Shown one piece after another: positions 10,087 to 20,068 of a stretch of 64,000 nucleotides of DNA. The stretch spans positions 62,344 to 126,343 of the forward strand of contig CALXKK010000001.1 of assembly GCA_944388935.1 (NCBI GenBank). The letters are read 5' to 3'. The translations under genes and the position numbers were made by a program. The stretch comes from an uncultured Clostridia bacterium (lineage in GTDB: Bacteria; Bacillota; Clostridia; TANB77; CAG-508). Under the pieces are notes generated by a model, which saw nothing but the letters and a program-made list of their open reading frames with translations, made no database searches and was not told the origin of the DNA. The first letter of the stretch is position 1, and each line of letters opens with the position of its first letter.

Positions 10087-11454
10087 TTAATCACTTAATC
10101 TTTGCTCAATTAATTCTGCAATAGATTTAGCTTTTTCTGATATGTACTCTTGGTCTGCTCCTTCTATCATTACTCTAACTAATGGCTCTGTTCCAGATGC
10201 TCTTATTAATACTCTTCCGTTTCCTTCGAACTCTTTTTCTACTTGTTCTATTGTATTTCTAATAACTGCATCTTTATCAAAATCATATTTTTTGCTATTA
10301 GAAACTTTAGCGTTAACTAATACTTGAGGATATATTTTTATTATTTTCTCTAAATCACTTGCTTTTCCGCCTTTTTCCAATAGTATAGAAATAAACATTA
10401 AAGATGTTAAAATTCCATCTCCTGTTGGATTGTAATCTAAGAATATAATATGTCCAGATTGCTCTCCACCTAAGTTGTATCCCTCTTTTTTCATTTCTTC
10501 TAGTACATATCTATCTCCAACTTTAGTTCTAACAAGTTTTAAATCATTATCCTTTGCATACATATCTAATCCTAAATTACTCATAACTGTTGCAACTAAA
10601 GTATCTTTTTTAAGAGTTCCTTTTTCTTTCATATGATTAGATACTATTGCTAAAATTTTGTCTCCGTCTATTACTTCTCCTTTTTCGTCAACTAATAGAC
10701 ATCTGTCTCCATCACCATCATATGCAACACCTAAATCGTATCCATTTTCTACTACATATTTTTGTAGCATTTCTAAGTGTGTTGAACCACAATCTTTATT
10801 TATGTTAATACCATTAGGTGTGTTATTTATTATCTTATGATTAATTTTTAATTTTGAAAATACTTTTTCTGCTACTTGATATGTTGCTCCGTTTGCTGTA
10901 TCTATTACAACCTTAAAATCATCTCTATTGTATTTTTCTATAATTTCTTCAAAATTCTTTCTAAAGAAATATAAATATTCGTCTACTAAATCTCTTGCAT
11001 CTTCTGCAATTCCTATTTTATCATTGCAAGCTGTTAATTCTTCTAATTTTCCAGAGTCCATAACTTCTTCTATTTCTTCTTCTATATCATCTGGAATTTT
11101 TGTTCCTGCATTACTAAAATATTTTACCCCATTAAATTCATAAGTATTATGAGATGCAGAAATTACAACACTTGCATCTGCTTTTAATTTCCTTGTTAAG
11201 TATGCTACTGCTGGTGTTGGTAATACACCTAATTGTTTTACATTTGCTCCATAACTTAAAAATCCAGCTGTCATTGCACTTTCTATTAATGTTCCAGAAA
11301 TTCTAGTATCTCTACCAATTAAAATTGTTGGACTATGGTCAGAATGTTTAGCTAAAACATAAGCACCTGCCTTTGCAACTCTATATACCAATTCTGGTGT
11401 TAATTCTGTATTGGCAATTCTTCTAATTCCATCTGTTCCAAAATATTTTCTCAT
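10087..11454 (-). CDS. glmM: Phosphoglucosamine mutase
   Basis: MRKYFGTDGIRR, SASHN active-site Ser loop, DGDGDR and GGEQSGH motifs. Collinear with B. subtilis GlmM. Confidence 0.85.
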   Translation of the reverse strand: MRKYFGTDGIRRIANTELTPELVYRVAKAGAYVLAKHSDHSPTILIGRDTRISGTLIESAMTAGFLSYGANVKQLGVLPTPAVAYLTRKLKADASVVISASHNTYEFNGVKYFSNAGTKIPDDIEEEIEEVMDSGKLEELTACNDKIGIAEDARDLVDEYLYFFRKNFEEIIEKYNRDDFKVVIDTANGATYQVAEKVFSKLKINHKIINNTPNGININKDCGSTHLEMLQKYVVENGYDLGVAYDGDGDRCLLVDEKGEVIDGDKILAIVSNHMKEKGTLKKDTLVATVMSNLGLDMYAKDNDLKLVRTKVGDRYVLEEMKKEGYNLGGEQSGHIIFLDYNPTGDGILTSLMFISILLEKGGKASDLEKIIKIYPQVLVNAKVSNSKKYDFDKDAVIRNTIEQVEKEFEGNGRVLIRASGTEPLVRVMIEGADQEYISEKAKSIAELIEQRLSD

Positions 11455-11483
11455 TTTTCATCTTTCCTTTCTTTTTTATGAAC

Positions 11484-13199
11484 CTACATTCTATCTGGCA
11501 TTTCCATACCAAGTAGGCCTGCACCTATTTTTAAAACATTTCCAACCATATATGTTAAGCATAATCTTGTGTTCTTAATGTTTTCATCTTCAACAATTAT
11601 TTTATTGTCATTATAAAAACTGCTATATAATTTTGCAATTTCTATTAAATAACGTGAAATAATTGAAGGTTCGTTTTTATCAACTGCTTGACTAACTATA
11701 TCGTTAAACATATATATTTGTTTAACTAATTCTAATCCATGTTCTTCTAATTCTGAAATATCTACTAAATTTTTATTCATTGTATAATTCTCTTTATCTA
11801 ATATACTCTTAGTTCTAACGTACATATATTGAATATATGGTCCTGTTTCTCCTTGGAAATTAAGCATAATATCCCAGTCAAAAACTTCGTCTTTTATCAT
11901 ATTATTAGATAAATCGTTAAATATGACAGCACCAATACCAACTTTTTTAGCTACTTCTTCTCTATTCTCTAAATTAGGATTCTTTTGTTCTATTATTTCT
12001 TTTGCTCTAGATATTGATTCATTTAATAAATCTTCTAGCTTTATTACTGTTCCTTCCCTAGTTGACATTTTTCCTGTTCTTAATCTTACCATTCCAAATG
12101 GTACATGTATTAAACCATTTGTGTATTTTTCGTCCAAGTCTAAGTATTTTGCTACTTCAAAGACTTGTTTAAAATGTAAATTTTGCTCATATGCTACTAC
12201 ATAAATACATTTATCAAAATCAAATGTTCTTGCTCTATACAATATTGCTGCTAAATCACGAGCAGCATATGATGTTGAACCATTAGACTTAACCACCATT
12301 AAAGGTGGCATTCCTTTATCCTCCAAATCTACAATTTCTGCTCCTTGTGATTCTACCAATTTATTATTTTTTCTTAAGATATCAACTACTTCCGGAATCT
12401 TATCTGTATAAAAGGATTCTCCTAAATTGTAATCAAACTTTATATTAAGTATATCGTATACTCTTTGAAATTCTTTTAAACTTAAGTCTTTAAATTTTTG
12501 CCATATTTCTACACAGTATGGGTCTCCATCTTCTAGCTTTTTAAAATTGTTTCTACAATCCTCTAATACTGTTTCATCTTCTTTGCATAGTTCATTTATT
12601 CTTACATAAATTTCTGTAAGTTTATCTATTGGATTTTCTTCTAAATCATATTCACTTCCGAATCTTTTATATCCTTCTATTAGTTTTCCAAATTGCGTTC
12701 CCCAATCACCCAAGTGATTTATACTTATAGTATTATATCCAAGAAATTTATACATATTGTATAAAGCTCTTCCTATTATTGTTGTTCTTAAATGACCAAT
12801 ATGAAATTGTTTTGCTATATTTGGTGATGAATAATCTATAACTATATTTTTTCCATTACCAACTTTTGATGAACCATAGTTTTCTTTTTGTTCATCCATT
12901 TCGTTTAATAGGTCTTTTATTAATAAATCATTATTTACAAATATGTTTAAAAAACCGTTTACAACTTCTATTTTAGAAATGTATTCATTTGGCATTTCTA
13001 TTTTTTCTTTTATTTCATTTGCAATCATTACTGGTGATTTTTTCATTTGTTTTGCAAGTTTAAAACATGGAAGTGCATAATCTCCCATCTTTGTATCTTT
13101 TGGTATCTCTATATAGCTTTTTAACTCATCCTTTGGTAACTCCAATACCTTATTTATTTCTTCCGCTATTTTGTCTTTAAAATCTATCATTCTTTTCAC
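11484..13199 (-). CDS. argS: Arginyl-tRNA synthetase
   Basis: Class I HIGH (FHIGHLR), KMSTR variant of KMSK, DALR anticodon-binding domain and the typical C-terminal ...MPDRM. Confidence 0.95.
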   Translation of the reverse strand: MKRMIDFKDKIAEEINKVLELPKDELKSYIEIPKDTKMGDYALPCFKLAKQMKKSPVMIANEIKEKIEMPNEYISKIEVVNGFLNIFVNNDLLIKDLLNEMDEQKENYGSSKVGNGKNIVIDYSSPNIAKQFHIGHLRTTIIGRALYNMYKFLGYNTISINHLGDWGTQFGKLIEGYKRFGSEYDLEENPIDKLTEIYVRINELCKEDETVLEDCRNNFKKLEDGDPYCVEIWQKFKDLSLKEFQRVYDILNIKFDYNLGESFYTDKIPEVVDILRKNNKLVESQGAEIVDLEDKGMPPLMVVKSNGSTSYAARDLAAILYRARTFDFDKCIYVVAYEQNLHFKQVFEVAKYLDLDEKYTNGLIHVPFGMVRLRTGKMSTREGTVIKLEDLLNESISRAKEIIEQKNPNLENREEVAKKVGIGAVIFNDLSNNMIKDEVFDWDIMLNFQGETGPYIQYMYVRTKSILDKENYTMNKNLVDISELEEHGLELVKQIYMFNDIVSQAVDKNEPSIISRYLIEIAKLYSSFYNDNKIIVEDENIKNTRLCLTYMVGNVLKIGAGLLGMEMPDRM

Positions 13200-13225
13200 C
13201 CTATTCTATCCTATTTTCCGTGCTT

Positions 13226-13254
13226 ATTATATAATAAATGGAAATAGATTGCAA
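13226..13254 (-). promoter_or_regulatory. Putative sigma-A promoter of argS (TTGCAA-N17-TATAAT)
   Basis: Minus strand reads TTGCAATCTATTTCCATTTATTATATAAT about 25 nt upstream of the argS ATG. The leader is too short for a T-box. Confidence 0.5.
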
Positions 13255-13285
13255 TAAAAAAAAATACGTTTTCATAAACAACACC

Positions 13286-13315
13286 AAGGCGGTGGGATTA
13301 TCTTTCCCACCGCCT
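13286..13315 (-). terminator. GC-rich hairpin terminator downstream of the 13350-13835 ORF
   Basis: AAGGCGGTGGGA-ttatcttt-TCCCACCGCCT stem. On the minus strand it is followed by TTGGTGTTGTTTATG. Confidence 0.5.
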
Positions 13316-13349
13316 AAATGCTAAAGATCTTATCTGATCTCTATATTCA

Positions 13350-13835
13350 TCAATAATAGCTTAACATTTTAAGCCAATCATCTATGGAAGTATCACTTCC
13401 CGCAAGCTTCTCTGGTGTAGCTAGCACAATTAATCTGTAAAAATCTTCGTCAAACCACTCATAAGGCATATCACTTCTTGATTGATTATAGGAAGTTATT
13501 GTAACATGGCCTTTTTCATAAATACCCTCGTCAATTATCCCCCAAATCCCTGCGAGCTTATTTAGGTTCAGCCTGAAGAATTCAGCCTTTTGGGGTTCTT
13601 TAGGGTTGTTCACGATTTTTACATCTGTGGCAACAAACTTACACCTGTTTCCATTTATACAACCATATAAAACCTTTTCTACACGACCATCCTCGTTACG
13701 CATAACGCCTCTAATTTCGTCATTGTCCTTATTTACATAGAACAGAATCTTGTACGTGATTTGTTCGCCATCGCATACGAATTCGATGGTCGCTTTGCGG
13801 ATAAAAGATTCAAGATGCAAATAACACATAAACAC
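13350..13835 (-). CDS. Hypothetical protein in a compositionally foreign (high-GC) insert
   Basis: 161-aa ORF with GGAG SD. Local GC is ~43-47 % (counted on 60-nt samples) against ~27 % in the flanks. No recognisable motif, signal peptide or TM segment. Confidence 0.5.
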   Translation of the reverse strand: MFMCYLHLESFIRKATIEFVCDGEQITYKILFYVNKDNDEIRGVMRNEDGRVEKVLYGCINGNRCKFVATDVKIVNNPKEPQKAEFFRLNLNKLAGIWGIIDEGIYEKGHVTITSYNQSRSDMPYEWFDEDFYRLIVLATPEKLAGSDTSIDDWLKMLSYY

Positions 13836-13947
13836 TCCTAAGGTCGATTGTTTTTATTGCTAAGTATTAACTTACAATACCTCCTTATATTGATGAATTT
13901 ATACAAATACACCAATTAATTATATAGATTTTTATGTAAATTGTCAA

Positions 13948-14634
13948 TTAAATAATCTCTGCCTTTTCACTTACTTCTTCTGCTTTTTCTAAAACCGCTT
14001 TCATTCTATAATATGCTTCTTGTTTTAAGCTCTCTATTCTTTCTAATTTATTTTCTATACTCAAGTCTGGATATATTGGTTCTAATACTACTTGAGTTAT
14101 TAAAGGTTTAGTTTTTATATATTTATATATTCCCTCTCTTTCTCTTGTTACTAGTACGCTAGGAACAATTGGCACATTGTTTTCTACTGACATTGCAAAT
14201 GCACCTTTTTTAAATTCTAATAAACTTTGGTCATATAATCTCATTACACCTTCTGGGTAAATATGTACAGTTTCTCCATTTTTTAATAACTCAGAAATAT
14301 TATCATAAAAATGTTTTTTCTCCTCTATCTTTGTTGGAATTGGAATACCTCTTAAAAGCCTAACTAAAGCTCCAACTACTGGTATCTCACAATTTGATTC
14401 TAATGTTATAAAATATGAGTAATCTGGTAAATTTACAATTCCATTCATTGTACAATCTAGATAATGTATATGATTTGAGATTGTTATTTTACCACCTGGA
14501 ACTTTTTTTATATTTTCTTTTCCAATTATTTTATAATTAAAAAATAATTTATCTAAAGCAAATACTATTGGTACAGCAATAGTATAATAAAACACATTCG
14601 CAACAAAATTAAATACTTTGTTCTTTAATTTCAT
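13948..14634 (-). CDS. Lysophospholipid (1-acyl-sn-glycerol-3-phosphate) acyltransferase family protein
   Basis: N-terminal TM helix, HX4D motif (ISNHIHYLDC), later PEG motif (IYPEGV). Confidence 0.65.
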   Translation of the reverse strand: MKLKNKVFNFVANVFYYTIAVPIVFALDKLFFNYKIIGKENIKKVPGGKITISNHIHYLDCTMNGIVNLPDYSYFITLESNCEIPVVGALVRLLRGIPIPTKIEEKKHFYDNISELLKNGETVHIYPEGVMRLYDQSLLEFKKGAFAMSVENNVPIVPSVLVTREREGIYKYIKTKPLITQVVLEPIYPDLSIENKLERIESLKQEAYYRMKAVLEKAEEVSEKAEII

Positions 14635-14798
14635 CTCCTGGCATCTCCTCTATTTTCTACAAAAATTCTTATACTCCATAATTATGTTAATTTTATCATA
14701 TGTTAGTTCATAAGTAAACGTTAATTTTGCTGGTAATTTTTTATACTCCCTTATATAAATTATTCTTTTCTATATAAAAATAAACCTTTTTTCTCCGT

Positions 14799-15599
14799 CT
14801 ATACTCCTACTATTGCTAAAATTAGAGCTAAAATAAAATAAATTAATAATACTTTATTATATAAAACAATTATTGCCAGATATTCGTTTATAAAAGCTTC
14901 CGGGAAATAGTACCAAAGTGTTTTTGAGCCTTCTCCTTTTGCTTTTATTTTATTTTTAGAAGCATATATTTTGCCTCTTAATATATGAAAATTACTACTT
15001 ACAAAAGCTATGTCATTATGTATATTTAGTTTTTCTAATTTTTTCCTAGAAAACTTAAAATTTTCTAAAGTGTTCTTAGATTTATCTTCCATTATTATAT
15101 CATTTGAAGGTATATTATTTTCTATTAGGTATTTTGCCATAGCTTCAGCTTCTGTAATTGTTTCCTGTCTTACTTGTCCACCTGAAACAATAATTTTTGG
15201 CTTAATTTTTTGTTTACTATATATTTTAATTGCTAAATTTAATCTTTTTCTTAAAGCTCTAGTTAACTGATTCCCATTAAGTAAATATCCACCAAGTATA
15301 ATTATCGCTTTATATTCATACTTTTTTATTCTTAAATTAACTAGTATACTTGCCACGCAAAATACTATGAATACCGCTGAAAAATATATAGCCATCAACC
15401 TAATAAAATTCATTATTTTGTTTTCAAATAAACGTGGAAAAATAGAAAGAAGAATAACTATTATTCCTAACGCAAATATCAAATATTTTCGTTTATATAT
15501 ACTCCTCTTTCTATATATATCTGTTAACATTCCAGATATCCCACTATATATTAATAAAATTCCTATAAATAGAAAAATGTTCAAAAATATATTTTCCAT
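14799..15599 (-). CDS. DUF218 (YdcF/SanA/ElyC-like) domain membrane protein
   Basis: Three N-terminal TM helices followed by IIILGGY...RL...A..IY...IIVSGGQ, which matches DUF218. Confidence 0.55.
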   Translation of the reverse strand: MENIFLNIFLFIGILLIYSGISGMLTDIYRKRSIYKRKYLIFALGIIVILLSIFPRLFENKIMNFIRLMAIYFSAVFIVFCVASILVNLRIKKYEYKAIIILGGYLLNGNQLTRALRKRLNLAIKIYSKQKIKPKIIVSGGQVRQETITEAEAMAKYLIENNIPSNDIIMEDKSKNTLENFKFSRKKLEKLNIHNDIAFVSSNFHILRGKIYASKNKIKAKGEGSKTLWYYFPEAFINEYLAIIVLYNKVLLIYFILALILAIVGV

Positions 15600-15610
15600 T
15601 CTTTCTCCTG

Positions 15611-17950
15611 TTATTCACTTGCTTTTTCTAAGTCTTTGCTTAAATTATTTATTAAATATTTAAGTCCTGTAACCACAATATATGCCAAAATCAAAATAGC
15701 AACTAAAATAACTATTGCATCTCCATCTATTGGTGTTAAGTGTAATAAGTTTCTAAACAAAATTACCGCACAGAAAAATCCTACTGCTGTAGTTGTACAC
15801 AAGAACGTACTTATTCTATTAAATGGTTTACATGCATCAATAACTGCAAATATACTTACTCCACCAATAACTAGATACATTAGTGTTTCTGATTCTTCCA
15901 CACTTAATCCTAAACCTGCTCTTGAGAATGTTAGAATTATTATACCAATAATTATTGTTAACGCATATGGCATCGCATTTCTTAAAACCGTCCTTAGGAA
16001 ACGTCCTCTTATTGGTTTTGAGTTCTCTAAGAATGATAAGAAGAATGATGTGTATCCTTCTATTACTAAATCTATTAAAGTAATTTGTATTGGTATAAAT
16101 GGGAATGCTGTGTTTGTAACAATATTAAATAATGATAATAACATTGAATATATTGTTTTTATAAAGAATATTCTTGCCACATTTGTTATATTGTTTACAA
16201 CTCTTCTACCTTCCATTAATACATCTTTTAGTACGCTAAAATCTGAATTTAATAATACAATTTGTGATACTTGTCTTGCTATATCAGATGCTTCTGGTAA
16301 AGTTATACTACAATCAGCTTGTTTTAAAGCTATAACGTCGTTTACTCCATCACCAGTCATTGCAACAGAATGACCTTTTGCTTGCAAAGCTTTTACTATT
16401 ATACTTTTTTGATGTGGTAAAACTCTAGCAAAAACACTATATTTATCTACTAATGCTGGAATTTCGTCATCTGAATTTAATGTAGATAAATCTATGTATG
16501 AATCATATGATTCCAAACCTGCTTTTTTGGCAATACTTGAAACTGTTAAAGGATTGTCTCCTGAAATTATTTTTATATCTACTTTTTGTGTCTTAAAGAA
16601 TCCTAACATTTCCTTAGCATTTTTTCTTAATGGGTCATCTAAAGTAATTGCTGCAACTATTTCAAGCTTTGGTAGTTTTTCATCGCTTACAACTTCTTTT
16701 GTAAAGGCAATAAATAACATTCTTTTACCATCTTTTTGTGCTTTTACTATTTCCTCTGGCATTTCCATATCACTTTTTTCTACAAGTCTTTCTGGCGCTC
16801 CTAAAACAATTGAACCAATATCTTTAAAACTTATAGAGCTCCATTTTCTTTCTGATGAAAACGCCATATTGTCTGCAACTTCAAAACTATCATCCCCCTT
16901 AAAATAATCTTTAAGAGCCATAAAAGTTGCATTGTTGTCCGTCATTTCGTTTACAAATGCTGTCATTAAAGTATTTAAAGGTTTTGGCAAACAATTTTCG
17001 TTATATATTTCTATATTGTCTACCTTCATTTTTCCTTCTGTAATTGTTCCGGTTTTATCTAGGCATAATGTGTCTATGTGTGCCAATGTTTCTACACTAT
17101 ATAAATCTTGAACTAAAACGCTTTTCTTAGCAAGTTTTATAACACCTGTTGCTAGCGAAATTGTTATAAGTAGCATTAAACCCTTAGGTAACATACCTAA
17201 TAAAGCTGCTGCTGTAGAAACAACAGAATTTGTTATATCTATGTTTCTAAAAATATAAGATTGAACAAATAAAATTATACCAACAGGAATAATTACAAAA
17301 CTAGTAAATCTAGTTACTCTTCTCATTGAATTTACAAGTTCAGACTCAGCTCTTTTATATTTCTTTGTTTCACTTGTAATTTGCGCTGCAAAATTATCTT
17401 TACCTACTTTTTCTACCTTAGAGTAACATTTTCCACTAATTACATAACTTCCAGATAATAATTTATCTCCTTTTTGTTTTAAAATTGTATCAGATTCACC
17501 AGTAAGTAATGACTCGTTTACTTCTACTTCTCCCTCTAATACTACAGAATCTGCACAAATTTGCTTTCCTGAGTCCAATATTATTACATCATCTAATACA
17601 ATATCATCTATATTTAATTCTTTCTCTTTTCCATTTCTAACAACTGTAGCTTTAGAAACCTTTAATACAGATAATTTTTGTACTAAATTTCTTGCGTGTA
17701 TTTCTTGCACTATTCCAATTACTATATTTACTATAATTATTAGCATATAAGCTAAATTTGTATATGCTTTTACTGCAATTAATGCTATCGCAATTAATAA
17801 GTTAAATAAATTAAACAATGTACAAACATTATCCCTTATTATCTCCCAGTTGGTCCTTGTTTTGTCATCATCTACTTTATTTACTTGTCCTGATTTTTTT
17901 CTTTCTTCAACTTGCTCTTCTGTTAAGCCATTTAATTCTTCCTTGTCCAA
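15611..17950 (-). CDS. Cation-transporting P-type ATPase (Ca2+-type, P2A-like)
   Basis: CLDKTGTITEG phosphorylation motif, MTGDGVNDVIALKQAD hinge, TGES actuator motif, 8-10 TM helices. Confidence 0.85.
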   Translation of the reverse strand: MDKEELNGLTEEQVEERKKSGQVNKVDDDKTRTNWEIIRDNVCTLFNLFNLLIAIALIAVKAYTNLAYMLIIIVNIVIGIVQEIHARNLVQKLSVLKVSKATVVRNGKEKELNIDDIVLDDVIILDSGKQICADSVVLEGEVEVNESLLTGESDTILKQKGDKLLSGSYVISGKCYSKVEKVGKDNFAAQITSETKKYKRAESELVNSMRRVTRFTSFVIIPVGIILFVQSYIFRNIDITNSVVSTAAALLGMLPKGLMLLITISLATGVIKLAKKSVLVQDLYSVETLAHIDTLCLDKTGTITEGKMKVDNIEIYNENCLPKPLNTLMTAFVNEMTDNNATFMALKDYFKGDDSFEVADNMAFSSERKWSSISFKDIGSIVLGAPERLVEKSDMEMPEEIVKAQKDGKRMLFIAFTKEVVSDEKLPKLEIVAAITLDDPLRKNAKEMLGFFKTQKVDIKIISGDNPLTVSSIAKKAGLESYDSYIDLSTLNSDDEIPALVDKYSVFARVLPHQKSIIVKALQAKGHSVAMTGDGVNDVIALKQADCSITLPEASDIARQVSQIVLLNSDFSVLKDVLMEGRRVVNNITNVARIFFIKTIYSMLLSLFNIVTNTAFPFIPIQITLIDLVIEGYTSFFLSFLENSKPIRGRFLRTVLRNAMPYALTIIIGIIILTFSRAGLGLSVEESETLMYLVIGGVSIFAVIDACKPFNRISTFLCTTTAVGFFCAVILFRNLLHLTPIDGDAIVILVAILILAYIVVTGLKYLINNLSKDLEKASE

Positions 17951-18089
17951 ATTTTACACTCCTTCTCTTTCGCATTTTTTTGTATTCTATCATACACTAC
18001 AATATATTACTATATAATTGCAAAAAAAACAACTTAAAAAGTAATAAGAATTTTTATTTTGTAATTTCATAATTTGTACACGCAAAACG

Positions 18090-18118
18090 AGCTATCAAAA
18101 ATCTATTTTGATAGCTCT
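18090..18118. terminator. Hairpin terminator between the alarmone-synthetase and ATPase genes
   Basis: GAGCTATCAAAA-atctat-TTTGATAGCTC perfect stem. Confidence 0.5.
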
Positions 18119-18144
18119 ATATATAAATATAATAAAAGGGGAAT

Positions 18145-18750
18145 TTAACGTGTTTCATTTGCCAATACTGACATTTCGTAATCTAATTTTTTAATTATTT
18201 TAGCAGCTTTTATTAATTTCTTAGAAGTCTGCTTTGTAACATTATTATTTTTATATTTTAATTCATGTTCTAAACTAGCCCAAAAATCCATTGCCATTGT
18301 TCTTATCTGTATTTCAGCTTTTACATACACTTTGCCCATATCTGTTTCTACAGGTACTTCTACAATTAAATGTAGACTAGAGTATCCACTCTTTTTAGGC
18401 TTATTTATATAATCCTTTTCATTTAAAACTTTTATTTTTGGATTTTGCATTATTAGTTCTCTTACAATATACACATTTTCTTGAAAAGGACAAATAATTC
18501 TTATTCCAGCAATATCATTTACTTTTTCTATCAACTCATTATAATTTAAATCGTAATGTTTCTTTTTCATCTTATTTATTATACTTTTTGGGCTTTTTAT
18601 TCTATATTTAACATGATCTATAAGATTTATATCTTGGTACTTCACCTCCATATCTTCTATAATTTTTTTAAGTTCTTCTATGCTAAGTGAATATATTGTC
18701 ATTAATTTTTCAAAAACATCGCTTTTTACTGTTAATTTTTCGTTTTGCAA
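18145..18750 (-). CDS. Small alarmone synthetase (RelA/SpoT-domain GTP pyrophosphokinase, RelQ/RelP-like); probable TTG start
   Basis: DIAGIRIICPF, GYSSLHLIV, EIQIRTMAMDFWASLEH. Collinear with RelQ over ~200 aa. Confidence 0.7.
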   Translation of the reverse strand: MQNEKLTVKSDVFEKLMTIYSLSIEELKKIIEDMEVKYQDINLIDHVKYRIKSPKSIINKMKKKHYDLNYNELIEKVNDIAGIRIICPFQENVYIVRELIMQNPKIKVLNEKDYINKPKKSGYSSLHLIVEVPVETDMGKVYVKAEIQIRTMAMDFWASLEHELKYKNNNVTKQTSKKLIKAAKIIKKLDYEMSVLANETR

Positions 18751-18889
18751 AATTTCCTTTTTGGTATTAACCAGCTCACTTTCTATTTTGCATCAACTCC
18801 TTTCTTTCTTAATATGCATTTATTTTACATATAAATTATTTCCAAATTATTCCCGAATTGTGTTTTTCTTGTAAATATTTTTAAGGTCA

Positions 18890-18915
18890 AAAAAAGCCCC
18901 AGAACTGGGGCTTTA
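18890..18915. terminator. Bidirectional hairpin terminator
   Basis: AAAAAAGCCCCAG-aa-CTGGGGCTTT flanked by A-run and T-run. Confidence 0.55.
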
Positions 18916-18919
18916 ACGT

Positions 18920-19483
18920 TTAAAATTGTTTTAACTTTTTCATAAAACATATACTTTCTATAATATCTATTATTGCGTATGCAATCATTAATGCACCAAT
19001 TAAAGCTACAATTGCACCACTGTTAAATAGTATATACAAACCAAGTATAATCATTATAATTGCTAGCATTAAACTAAATATCCAAATTGATGAATCAAAC
19101 TCTTTTAGCTTTAGAGATAAATATATTCTTGTTATTCCACTATATATAATCCAAGCAGCTACTATAATTCTTATTATTGCACCTATTGCATCTGAATAAA
19201 CAATTACAAATAATCCAATAAATGTTGCCAATAGTCCAGATAACAAGGTAAAATTATAAATTTCTCCTCTGCCTCTTCCTTGAATATAAGTAACTATTCT
19301 AGCTACTCCTATCAATAAAAATAATAAGCCTATTAAACATGAAATTGCTCTTACTGCTCCTTCATGAAAAACACATAATATTACTCCAAAAAGTCCAAAA
19401 ATAATTGATACCAAAATATTAGACTTCCCCGATTTTTTTAACAAATCTTTTATTGGATCCATAATATTATTCCTCCGTATCAT
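18920..19483 (-). CDS. Small polytopic membrane protein (possibly DUF308/HdeD-like), co-transcribed with asp23
   Basis: 187 aa, 5-6 hydrophobic helices with GxxxG-like repeats. Overlaps the Asp23 stop. Confidence 0.4.
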   Translation of the reverse strand: MIRRNNIMDPIKDLLKKSGKSNILVSIIFGLFGVILCVFHEGAVRAISCLIGLLFLLIGVARIVTYIQGRGRGEIYNFTLLSGLLATFIGLFVIVYSDAIGAIIRIIVAAWIIYSGITRIYLSLKLKEFDSSIWIFSLMLAIIMIILGLYILFNSGAIVALIGALMIAYAIIDIIESICFMKKLKQF

Positions 19484-19859
19484 CTGTAGTATCTACTTTC
19501 TCATCATCATTATCGTCTACTTTTACTCCTTGTACATTTACAACGACTCTTTCTACCTTGTTTCCTGTCATATTTTCTACTTCTTCTTTAACTATATCTT
19601 GAATATTCTTTCCTACTTCTCTTATATTTACGCCATATTTTACTATGATATTTATTTCTATTTTTACATTATCTCCATCTGATTCTACTTTAATTCCTCT
19701 TGACATTTGTTTCTTTCCGCTAATAGCTTTTAATCCTTCTGTAAATCCTCCTGCCATTTTTGCAACTCCGTCTACTTTAGCAACTGCCATACCAGCTATT
19801 GTTGCAACAACGTCATTTGCTACATTAATTTCTTGATTTAAATCTTTTTCTTCATCCAT
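19467..19859 (-). CDS. Asp23/Gls24-family envelope stress protein
   Basis: VANDVVATIAGMAVAKVDGV...VKVESDGDNVKIEINIIVKYGVNIREVG is the typical Asp23 (DUF322) pattern. Acidic tail. Confidence 0.8.
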   Translation of the reverse strand: MDEEKDLNQEINVANDVVATIAGMAVAKVDGVAKMAGGFTEGLKAISGKKQMSRGIKVESDGDNVKIEINIIVKYGVNIREVGKNIQDIVKEEVENMTGNKVERVVVNVQGVKVDDNDDEKVDTTDDTEE

Positions 19860-20032
19860 AAGAATTACCTCCTAAAATATATATTTAATTCCTTAAGATT
19901 ATATCAATTATGTATATTACTATAATATATTAATTAAGATTTTTTGTCAACTCAGAAAAGTGTCCTTAAAGTCTTAATTCTCTAGGTTTTAATAGCATTT
20001 TTCAAACCTTTTAATATCCGTTCCTAATGTAT

Positions 20033-20060
20033 AAAAAAGAGGAAAAGCAGACATTTCCTC
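20033..20060 (-). terminator. Terminator downstream of the ABC exporter operon
   Basis: GAGGAAA...TTTCCTC stem followed on the minus strand by TTTTTTAT. Confidence 0.45.
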
Positions 20061-20068
20061 TCTTCCTC

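Noticed and set aside
13200-13349. Possible T-box leader upstream of argS
   Set aside because: The promoter sits ~20 nt from the start codon. The GC-rich hairpin at 13286-13315 belongs to the upstream foreign ORF and has no T-box consensus (AATTAGGGTGGNACCGCG).
15636-16373. 245-aa plus-strand ORF and other long antisense ORFs (22711..23280, 28130..28624, 47613..48095, 16494..16907)
   Set aside because: They lie entirely inside strongly supported minus-strand genes, are rich in S/I/F/L from AT-rich antisense reading, and have no SD.
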